A DNA stretch of 64,000 nt from Sulfurovaceae bacterium (GTDB taxonomy: Bacteria > Campylobacterota > Campylobacteria > Campylobacterales > Sulfurovaceae). This document shows, piece after piece, positions 56,544-64,000 of this stretch (the first letter of the stretch is position 1; every line of letters begins with the position of its first letter). The stretch covers positions 1,117,019-1,181,018 of the forward strand of contig OY781042.1 of NCBI GenBank assembly GCA_963676245.1, in the 5' to 3' direction. The notes below the pieces were generated by a model that saw only the letters and a program-made list of their open reading frames with translations, was not told the DNA's origin and did not search any database. The position numbers and the translations under genes are program-made.

Positions 56544-56715
56544 TTCTTAAAATGTAATATTGTTGTCATATTATTTGACATACTCACTTCTTTGCATCTA
56601 GTGTAAAAAGATGCAAGAACTACTACTTAATCACAGAAAGAGTGATCAGAGCATAATCGATAATAAATTCTATGGCTTATGCTTTGATAGAGTGCTTAGG
56701 TTATAAAGGACGCTA

Positions 56716-57663
56716 ATGAGAGGAAAAAAAGTTACAATCGTAGGTGCCGGAAATGTTGGGGCAACGGTTGCATATATTTTAGCTATGAATGGGGCATGTC
56801 ATCATGTCGTGCTTAAAGATAGAAATACGGAAATAGCAAAAGGAAAAGCACTTGATATGAGTCAAGCTGCCAATGCAGCTAGAATGCATACCATAGTTTC
56901 AGTTGCTGAAAAGCCCGAAGATATTGCTGATTCAGATGTTGTTGTTATCACAGCAGGAAGCCCAAGATTGCCTGGCATGAGTAGAGATGATCTCCTCATG
57001 ACAAATGCAGAGATTACAAAACATGTTATACGGGATATTAAGGTTTATGCACCGCACTCTATTATTGTCATGGTCTCTAATCCCCTTGATGTTATGACTT
57101 ATGTGGCATTTAAAGAGAGTGGGTTTCCAAGAGAAAGAGTCCTAGGTATGGCAGGTATCCTTGATAGTGCAAGAATGGCACACTTTATCTATGAAAAGAT
57201 AGGGTATGGCGCAGGACAGATCAGAGCTTCCGTTATGGGCGGACATGGGGATGATATGGTTCCATTGCCAAAATTTTCAACTGTTGCCGGGGTGCCTCTC
57301 TCTGATGTACTTTCTCCCGAAGAGATAGAGGATGTTGTGGATAGAACCAAGCATGGTGGTGCCGAAATTGTCGGCTATCTCAAAACAGGATCGGCGTACT
57401 ATGCACCTGCAAAATCGACAGCTATTATGGTCGAAGCGATACTTAAAGATACAAAACAGATCCATCCATGTGCTGTTTATCTTGATGGAGAATATGGATA
57501 CACAGATGTTGTTTCAGGCGTCCCTTTAGTGCTTGGTGCGGGCGGGGCTGAGAAGATATTTGAGATGACGCTCAATGAGGATCAAGAGGTAAGATTTGCA
57601 AAAAGTGTTACTTCGGTAAAAAATATGATAGAAGTTCTAAGAAAAAATAATTTTTTTGCTTAA
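56716..57663 (+). CDS. mdh: Malate dehydrogenase (LDH-like family)
   Basis: 315 aa with the Rossmann motif VTIVGAGNVGAT, the substrate loop GSPRLPGMSRDDL and the catalytic GGHGD. Confidence 0.9.
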   Translation: MRGKKVTIVGAGNVGATVAYILAMNGACHHVVLKDRNTEIAKGKALDMSQAANAARMHTIVSVAEKPEDIADSDVVVITAGSPRLPGMSRDDLLMTNAEITKHVIRDIKVYAPHSIIVMVSNPLDVMTYVAFKESGFPRERVLGMAGILDSARMAHFIYEKIGYGAGQIRASVMGGHGDDMVPLPKFSTVAGVPLSDVLSPEEIEDVVDRTKHGGAEIVGYLKTGSAYYAPAKSTAIMVEAILKDTKQIHPCAVYLDGEYGYTDVVSGVPLVLGAGGAEKIFEMTLNEDQEVRFAKSVTSVKNMIEVLRKNNFFA

Positions 57664-57684
57664 AGCTAATAAAGGAGTTTTGTA

Positions 57685-59082
57685 ATGTCATTTAGGATAG
57701 AGAAAGATACAATGGGCGAGGTGAAAGTACCTGATAGTAAATATTGGGGGGCACAAACGCAAAGATCGTTACAAAATTTTGAGATTGGTAATGAAAAGAT
57801 GCCCCTAGAAGTAGTCTATGGATTTGCAGATCTAAAAAAAGCATGCGCGCTCGTCAACCATGGGTTAGGAAGACTTGATGAATCAAAATGTAACGCTATA
57901 TCTCAAGCTTGCGAGGAGATACTTGCAGGCAAACATGATAGCGAGTTTCCTCTCGTAGTTTGGCAGACAGGTTCGGGCACGCAATCAAATATGAATATCA
58001 ATGAAGTTGTTGCAAATAGAGCAACAGAGATACTCGGCGATAATTTTAGAGAAACAAAAAGTGTGCATCCTAATGATGATGTCAATAAAGGGCAAAGCTC
58101 AAATGATACTTATCCAACAGCAATGCGTATAGCTGAGGTCGTTGCTGTGAGCGAAGATCTTATCCCTGCTATCAATCAATTGCGAGCAACTTTAGGAGCA
58201 AAATCAAAAGAGTTTGATGATGTTATCAAAATAGGTAGAACACACTTGCAAGATGCAACACCTTTAAGCCTAGGACAGGAGTTGAGCGGTTATGTTGCTA
58301 TGTTGGATGCCAATAAAAGACAGATAGAGGATGCACTTGGTTATTGCAAAGAACTAGCCATAGGTGGAACGGCTGTTGGAACAGGGCTTAATTCGCATCC
58401 TGATTTTTCTAATCTTGTTTCAAAAACTCTCAATGCGTCTATGAAAAAAGATTATGGATTTATCTCGCAACCAAATAAGTTTCATGCTCTTACGGGGCAT
58501 GATGCTGAAGTGATGCTTTCTGCATCACTTAAAGGGCTTGCGGCAAATCTTATGAAGATAGCCAACGATATCAGATGGCTTGCCTCCGGACCACGATGTG
58601 GTATAGGCGAGATAACTATTCCTGAAAATGAGCCGGGTAGCTCTATCATGCCGGGCAAAGTAAACCCTACGCAGTCAGAAGCACTTACGATGGTAGCAGT
58701 ACAAGTAATGGGCAATGACACAACAGTTGGCATAGCAGCAAGTCAAGGTAATTTCGAACTCAATGTATTTAAGCCGGTTATCGCTTATAATATTTTACAG
58801 TCGATAAAGTTACTCGCTGATTCTATGAGAAGTTTTGATAAAAATTGCGCTGTTGGTATCGAGCCGATTAGAGAGAATATTGATGCTTATTTGCGTAACT
58901 CTTTGATGCTTGTGACTGCACTCAATCCTCATATAGGATATGAAAATGCAGCAAAGATAGCCAAAAGTGCACATAAAAACGGAACAACATTAAAGCAAGA
59001 GGCTATCAAATCCGGGCTTTTAAGTGAAAAAGAGTTCGATGCGTATGTAAAACCGAAAGATATGATAGCGCCGAAAGTGTAA
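57685..59082 (+). CDS. fumC: Class II fumarate hydratase
   Basis: 465 aa with the [13 protein letters not shown] signature and the N-terminus [14 protein letters not shown]. Confidence 0.94.
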   Translation: MSFRIEKDTMGEVKVPDSKYWGAQTQRSLQNFEIGNEKMPLEVVYGFADLKKACALVNHGLGRLDESKCNAISQACEEILAGKHDSEFPLVVWQTGSGTQSNMNINEVVANRATEILGDNFRETKSVHPNDDVNKGQSSNDTYPTAMRIAEVVAVSEDLIPAINQLRATLGAKSKEFDDVIKIGRTHLQDATPLSLGQELSGYVAMLDANKRQIEDALGYCKELAIGGTAVGTGLNSHPDFSNLVSKTLNASMKKDYGFISQPNKFHALTGHDAEVMLSASLKGLAANLMKIANDIRWLASGPRCGIGEITIPENEPGSSIMPGKVNPTQSEALTMVAVQVMGNDTTVGIAASQGNFELNVFKPVIAYNILQSIKLLADSMRSFDKNCAVGIEPIRENIDAYLRNSLMLVTALNPHIGYENAAKIAKSAHKNGTTLKQEAIKSGLLSEKEFDAYVKPKDMIAPKV

Positions 59083-59266
59083 CTTTTTTGCTATAGCATT
59101 TTAAATTTTTTAAATGAGAATGAAATATAATTTCCCCACTCATTTAAGAGAGTGTGTCAAATTGTATCATTCGTAGAGCCGACTTTTCAAAAAATATAAT
59201 TTTCATCTTTAATTTTATATAGAAGTTCTATAATTTTAAAGTTATTTATAAAATCAAGGAGTTCTT

Positions 59267-60439
59267 GTGAATATTCATGAGTATCAAGCAAAAGAGATAT
59301 TTAAAACATATGGCATTCCTACTCCAAGAGGAATTGTCGCTAACACACCCGAGGAAGCTGTACAAAATGCTAAAGAGCTTGGGGGTAATCTTTGGGTAGT
59401 AAAAGCGCAGATTCATGCTGGCGGCAGAGGACTTGGCGGGGGTGTTAAGCTTGCTAAGTCGCTTGACGAGGTAAAGAAACTTGCCGATGAAATACTGGGG
59501 ATGACGCTTGTGACTCATCAAACAGGACCCGAGGGTAAATTAGTTCAAAAGGTCTACATAGAAGAGGGCGCTGATATCAAAGATGAGCTTTATCTTGGTA
59601 TTACTCTTGATAGAGCCAAAGAGATGCCGGTAATCATGGCAAGCACTGAGGGTGGCATGGAGATAGAAAAAGTTGCCGAAGAGTCTCCTGAGAAGATAAT
59701 AAAAGTTGCTGTTGATCCTACTATAGGTTTTCAAGCATTTCATGGGAGAGAACTTGTTTTTAGACTTGGAATTTTAGACAAAGAAGAGCAGCAAAAATTT
59801 ATCAACTTTGCAAAATTACTTTTTGATGTTTATATGGATAAAGATGGAGAGATGATTGAGATAAACCCCCTTATAAAGACGGGAAGCGGTGATTTTATCG
59901 CACTTGATGCAAAGATGGGATTTGATGATTCTGCCATCGGAAGACACCATGAACTTGAAGAGATGAGAGACCTTAGCGAAGAGGATCCGGATGAGAGAGA
60001 GGCAAGCAGACACGGGCTTAGCTACATCTCTCTTGATGGGGAGATCGGCTGTATGGTCAATGGAGCAGGACTTGCCATGGGGACTATGGACACGATCAAC
60101 TACATGGGTGGTAGTCCTGCAAATTTCCTTGATGTTGGCGGTAAGGCGAATGCTATTACTGTTGCAAAAGGATTTGAGATCATCTTGAAAAATCCGAATG
60201 TTAAAGCGATCTTTGTTAACATATTTGGCGGCATTGTTCGATGCGACAGAATCGCCGAAGGTATTTTGGAGGCGACAAAGAAAGTTGATGTGCATGTTCC
60301 GGTTATCGTAAGACTTGACGGCACTAATGCCGAAGAAGCAGCACAAATTCTTAAAAATGCAAACATTTCAAATGTTATTGCAGCAACAGATTTAGCCGAT
60401 GGCGCTAAAAAAGCAGTTGAAGCTGCTGAGCAAGCATAG
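59267..60439 (+). CDS. sucC: Succinyl-CoA synthetase beta subunit
   Basis: 390 aa. MNIHEYQAKEIF ATP-grasp N-terminus. GTG start after AAGGAG. Confidence 0.94.
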   Translation: MNIHEYQAKEIFKTYGIPTPRGIVANTPEEAVQNAKELGGNLWVVKAQIHAGGRGLGGGVKLAKSLDEVKKLADEILGMTLVTHQTGPEGKLVQKVYIEEGADIKDELYLGITLDRAKEMPVIMASTEGGMEIEKVAEESPEKIIKVAVDPTIGFQAFHGRELVFRLGILDKEEQQKFINFAKLLFDVYMDKDGEMIEINPLIKTGSGDFIALDAKMGFDDSAIGRHHELEEMRDLSEEDPDEREASRHGLSYISLDGEIGCMVNGAGLAMGTMDTINYMGGSPANFLDVGGKANAITVAKGFEIILKNPNVKAIFVNIFGGIVRCDRIAEGILEATKKVDVHVPVIVRLDGTNAEEAAQILKNANISNVIAATDLADGAKKAVEAAEQA

Positions 60440-60452
60440 GTAGGGGAGTTAT

Positions 60453-61331
60453 ATGTCAATTTTAGTAAATTCAAGTACAAAAGTTATCGTTCAAGGTTTT
60501 ACCGGGAAAGAGGGGTCATTTCACGCCGAGCAGTGCATCGCATACGGTACAAATATAGTCGGTGGTGTTACACCTAATAAAGGCGGAGATGTGCATCTTG
60601 GAAAACCTGTTTTCAATACAGTAAAAGAAGCCGTAGAAGCTACCGGCGCAACTGTGAGTATGATATTTGTTCCACCTATATTTGTCTCAGACGCCATCAT
60701 GGAAGCGGCAGATGCAGGTATCGAACTCGCTGTCATTATTACAGAGGGCGCACCTGTTAAAGATATTATGTTTGCCAAATCGTATGCTAAGAAAAATCAT
60801 ATGAAAACTATAGGGCCGAATTGTCCTGGAATTATAACGGCTGAAGAGTGCAAGATAGGTATCATGCCCGGCTCTATCTTTAAAAAAGGAAGAGTTGGAC
60901 TCATCTCAAAATCAGGTACATTGACCTATGAGGGAGCAAATCAAGTTTGTAAAGAAGGGCACGGTATATCGACAGCTGTTGGTATAGGTGGTGATCCTAT
61001 TATCGGGTTGAGTTATAAGCAACTCCTTCCTATGTTTGAAGCAGATCCGGATACGGATGCTATCGTTATGATTGGTGAGATAGGTGGTGATTTGGAGATC
61101 CAAGCAGCTGAATTTATCAAAAAAAATATCACAAAACCCGTCGTTGCTTTTATTGCCGGACAAAGTGCGCCCAAAGGGAAGCGGATGGGGCATGCTGGAG
61201 CGATTGTAAGCGGTGGAGCAGGAACAGCAAAAGAGAAGATGGATGCTCTTGAAGCAGCCGGTGTGACAGTCGTGGTGAGTCCTGCCGATATAGGTAAAGC
61301 GGTAAAAGAAGTTTTAGAAAGAGAAGAATAG
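60453..61331 (+). CDS. sucD: Succinyl-CoA synthetase alpha subunit
   Basis: 292 aa with [14 protein letters not shown] and the phosphohistidine loop MGHAGAIV. Confidence 0.94.
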   Translation: MSILVNSSTKVIVQGFTGKEGSFHAEQCIAYGTNIVGGVTPNKGGDVHLGKPVFNTVKEAVEATGATVSMIFVPPIFVSDAIMEAADAGIELAVIITEGAPVKDIMFAKSYAKKNHMKTIGPNCPGIITAEECKIGIMPGSIFKKGRVGLISKSGTLTYEGANQVCKEGHGISTAVGIGGDPIIGLSYKQLLPMFEADPDTDAIVMIGEIGGDLEIQAAEFIKKNITKPVVAFIAGQSAPKGKRMGHAGAIVSGGAGTAKEKMDALEAAGVTVVVSPADIGKAVKEVLEREE

Positions 61332-61381
61332 TTATCTAATTTTCTTTTTTATGCTATACTCAAAGAAAAAAGGAGCATAGT

Positions 61382-61669
61382 ATGTCTCAAACAAGCTTTG
61401 AAGTTCTAAATGTCAAATGTGGCGGATGTGCTGCAACACTAAAAAAGAAGTTAAAACCGCTTTTTGGGGAAGTTGAGGTGGACCTTGATGTGATGCCAAG
61501 AAAGATAACACTTGACATAAAAGAAGAGGATATTCCCGCCTTAGCAAAAGAGCTTAAATCGCTTGGATATCCACTTATCAGCGAGGAGCTGAGTTCCCTT
61601 GAAGAGGTTAAGGCGAAAGCCAAAAGCTTTGTCTCTTGTGCTATCGGCAAGATGGATTCTGAAGCCTAG
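61382..61669 (+). CDS. Small heavy-metal-associated (HMA)-like protein with a CGGC motif
   Basis: 95 aa. The pattern FEVLNVKCGGCAATLKKKL ... LKSLGYP fits a ferredoxin-like HMA fold. It has its own RBS (AAGGAG). Confidence 0.6.
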   Translation: MSQTSFEVLNVKCGGCAATLKKKLKPLFGEVEVDLDVMPRKITLDIKEEDIPALAKELKSLGYPLISEELSSLEEVKAKAKSFVSCAIGKMDSEA

Positions 61670-61851
61670 AAGTTAGTGCTTCAAATAGTAACAGTATCTT
61701 GAAAGTATAAATGATATCTTTTTCATTAAAAGCTTCATTATGAAATCTTAGATATTCTTATACTAAGTGAATTAATAGCTTTGTCGTTTACACCTATATT
61801 AAAGATGTGTTTCTTTTTCACTAATAATAAATCAACAAAAAGGGGAATGAG

Positions 61852-62175
61852 ATGTCATTAAATATGAAAGCTCCTGAAAATACACCGGTTTGGGTAGATA
61901 CCAAAAGATGTAAAGCATGTGATAAATGCGTAGATGTTTGTCCTGCGGGTGTACTTTCCATGAAAGCAGAACCGACTTCAACGCTTGGAGCGATGATAAG
62001 CGTAGTTGCTCCCGAGTCTTGCATAGGCTGTAGAGAGTGTGAGCTTACTTGCCCGGATTTTGCAATATATGTAGCAGAAAAATCAGAGTATAAATTTGCC
62101 AAACTTACTGATGCTGCAAAACAAAGAGCAGAGGCAATTATCAACAATAACTATAGATTACCTGCAGGTCAATAA
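61852..62175 (+). CDS. oorD: 2-oxoglutarate:ferredoxin oxidoreductase delta (2x[4Fe-4S] ferredoxin) subunit
   Basis: 107 aa with the two cluster motifs CKACDKCVDVCP and CIGCRECELTCP. It lies immediately upstream of oorA. Confidence 0.85.
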   Translation: MSLNMKAPENTPVWVDTKRCKACDKCVDVCPAGVLSMKAEPTSTLGAMISVVAPESCIGCRECELTCPDFAIYVAEKSEYKFAKLTDAAKQRAEAIINNNYRLPAGQ

Positions 62176-62186
62176 GGAGAAAAATT

Positions 62187-63320
62187 ATGGTGTTAAGAGA
62201 AATAATTTCAAGTGGAAATGAACTTGCAGCACATGCTGCAAAAGATGCCGGATGCAAGTTTTTTGGCGGGTATCCGATCACACCTTCGAGTGAGATTATG
62301 CATGAGCTATCTGAGCTTCTTCCTGCCGAAGGAGGAACATGTATCCAGATGGAAGATGAGATCGCAGGTGTTGCCTGTGCGATAGGAGCATCCATGAGTG
62401 GTGTTAGAGCTATGACGGCTACAAGTGGACCCGGGATTTCACTGAAAGCTGAAAATCTTGGTCTTGCGCAAATGGCAGAGGTGCCACTCGTTGTAGTCAA
62501 TGTTATGCGTGGAGGTCCATCGACAGGTCTTCCTACTCGTGTTTCTCAAGGTGATGTTGCACAAGCAAAAAATCCTAGCCACGGTGATTATAAGTCTATT
62601 ACTTTATGTGCCGGAAATTTAGCAGAATGCTATACGGAGACGGTAAGAGCATTTAATCTTGCAGATAGATTTATGCAACCTGTATTTGTGCTTCTCGATG
62701 AAACATTAGGGCATATGCACGGTAAAGCTATGATTCCTTCTGAAGAGGATGTAAAATCAGGCATTAAACCTAGGGCAGAATTTACAGGCGATCCGGCTGA
62801 GTATAAACCGTACGGTGTAGGACAAGATGAACCGGCAATTCTCAATCCTATGTTCAAAGGATATAGATACCATTTTACCGGATTGCATCATAATGCAACA
62901 GGTTTTCCAACTGAAGAGATAGAAACTTGTCGTAAATTGATTGAAAGATTATTTAACAAAGTTGAAGCCCATCAAGAGGAGATAGACTCATATGAAGAGT
63001 ATATGCTCGATGATGCGGAACTTTTAATCATAGCGTACGGCTCAGTATCTTTGGCAGCAAAAGAGGCTATACGACATCTAAGAGCTGCAGGTATTAAAGC
63101 AGGACTATTTAGACCTATCACTTTATGGCCAAGTCCGGCAGAGCGAATCAAACATTGGACGGATAAGATTCAAAAAGTACTATGTGTTGAGCTTAATATC
63201 GGTCAATATAGAGATGAGATTCAAAGGGCTTCCGGAAGATTAGATATCGATGGACTTTTCAAGGTTAACGGTAGAGCACTTTCTCCTTATGAAATCGTAG
63301 AAAAAGTGAAAGGAATGTAA
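62187..63320 (+). CDS. oorA: 2-oxoglutarate:ferredoxin oxidoreductase alpha subunit
   Basis: 377 aa with GNELAAHAAKDAGCKFFGGYPITPSSEI, typical of 2-oxoacid:ferredoxin oxidoreductase alpha subunits. Confidence 0.88.
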   Translation: MVLREIISSGNELAAHAAKDAGCKFFGGYPITPSSEIMHELSELLPAEGGTCIQMEDEIAGVACAIGASMSGVRAMTATSGPGISLKAENLGLAQMAEVPLVVVNVMRGGPSTGLPTRVSQGDVAQAKNPSHGDYKSITLCAGNLAECYTETVRAFNLADRFMQPVFVLLDETLGHMHGKAMIPSEEDVKSGIKPRAEFTGDPAEYKPYGVGQDEPAILNPMFKGYRYHFTGLHHNATGFPTEEIETCRKLIERLFNKVEAHQEEIDSYEEYMLDDAELLIIAYGSVSLAAKEAIRHLRAAGIKAGLFRPITLWPSPAERIKHWTDKIQKVLCVELNIGQYRDEIQRASGRLDIDGLFKVNGRALSPYEIVEKVKGM

Positions 63321-63322
63321 CT

Positions 63323-64000
63323 ATGGCATTTAATTATGATAACTATTTAAGGGTAGATAAAATGCCAACACTGTGGTGTTGGGGGTGTGGTGACGGCGTT
63401 ATCTTAAAAGCTTTTATTAGAGCGGTAGATAAGCTCGGATACAACAAAGATGATATGTGTATAGTATCGGGCATTGGATGTAGCGGACGGTTTTCTTCGT
63501 ATATTGATTGCAACACAGTACACACAACGCATGGCAGAACGATAGCCTTCGCTACAGGAATCAAACTTGCGAATCCCGATAAAAAAGTTTTTTGTGTAGC
63601 CGGAGACGGTGATGCATTGGCGATTGGCGGGAATCATACGATTCATGGTTGCAGAAGAAACATTGATATCAATTTTATTCTGATTAATAACTTTATCTAT
63701 GGTCTGACAAATTCTCAAACAAGCCCAACGACACCACAAGGTATGTGGACGGTAACAATGCAAAAAGGGAATATCGATCCTACTTTTGATGCATGTAAGC
63801 TTGCTATAGCTTCCGGTGCATCATTTGTGGGTAGAGAGTCTGTTACAGATCCGAAAAAGATAGAAAAACTGTTTATAAAAGGGTTTGAGCATAAAGGATT
63901 TAGCTTTTTTGATATTTTCTCAAATTGTCACATCAACTTAGGGCGAAAAAATAAAATGGCAAGTGCTATGGAAAATCTTGAATGGATTGATAGTATCACT
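63323..64000 (+). CDS. oorB: 2-oxoglutarate:ferredoxin oxidoreductase beta (TPP-binding) subunit, 3' end outside the window
   Basis: An open frame from ATG 63323 to the window end, not in the ORF track because there is no stop. My translation is MAFNYDNYLRVDKMPTLWCWGCGDGVILKAF...CVAGDGDALAIGGNH, which carries the Cys motif and the TPP GDGD motif. Confidence 0.85.
   Translation, partial: MAFNYDNYLRVDKMPTLWCWGCGDGVILKAFIRAVDKLGYNKDDMCIVSGIGCSGRFSSYIDCNTVHTTHGRTIAFATGIKLANPDKKVFCVAGDGDALAIGGNHTIHGCRRNIDINFILINNFIYGLTNSQTSPTTPQGMWTVTMQKGNIDPTFDACKLAIASGASFVGRESVTDPKKIEKLFIKGFEHKGFSFFDIFSNCHINLGRKNKMASAMENLEWIDSIT

Noticed and set aside
59816-60480. Minus-strand ORFs of 176 and 126 aa antisense to sucC. 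Similar antisense ORFs occur in dnaE (31786..32205), serA (22327..22743), the RND gene (9395..9790) and oorA (62141..62500).
   Set aside because: Each is fully embedded antisense to a strongly supported conserved gene. Their composition is atypical and they lack RBSs.

Overview
A 64-kb chromosomal window from a Campylobacterota (epsilonproteobacterial) organism. The reductive-TCA gene content suggests a chemolithoautotroph of the Sulfurovum/Sulfurimonas/Nitratiruptor type, but the genus cannot be resolved without a database search.

Gene content, left to right:
- 3' end of aclA (ATP-citrate lyase) and an orphan prepilin-like gene.
- A complete rRNA operon: 16S, tRNA-Ala(TGC), 23S, 5S, with a clear sigma70-type promoter and processing stems.
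- A comEA-like gene, then a minus-strand mlaA-mlaC-RND/MMPL operon.
- A housekeeping block: argH, S1 protease, HIT, pheST-aroA-ispH, rpsA, serA.
- A TolC/MFP/RND efflux operon whose RND permease is encoded as two half-size ORFs.
- efp, a DJ-1 family gene, a secreted hypothetical, dnaE and a small lipoprotein.
- An ~18.4-kb giant type-I-secreted cadherin-repeat adhesin locus (35502..53895).
- An rTCA cluster: icd-mdh-fumC-sucCD, a small HMA-like gene, then oorDAB, running off the right edge.

The adhesin locus is the outstanding feature. Its N- and C-terminal parts are coded on the minus strand. The ~46.6 essentially identical 300-bp repeats between them (39132..53105) have their sense frame on the plus strand. 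The two strand-switch junctions are abrupt, and the left one is a fold-back. Beside the left junction there are two microhomology deletions. The array carries 17 single-base indels, almost all homopolymer length changes, and no substitutions that I could see.

I cannot tell from sequence alone whether this is a real inversion or inactivation of the gene or a long-read assembly artefact. Both readings are laid out with decisive tests. All calls rest on reading the sequence and the ORF translations by eye. No database search was run.
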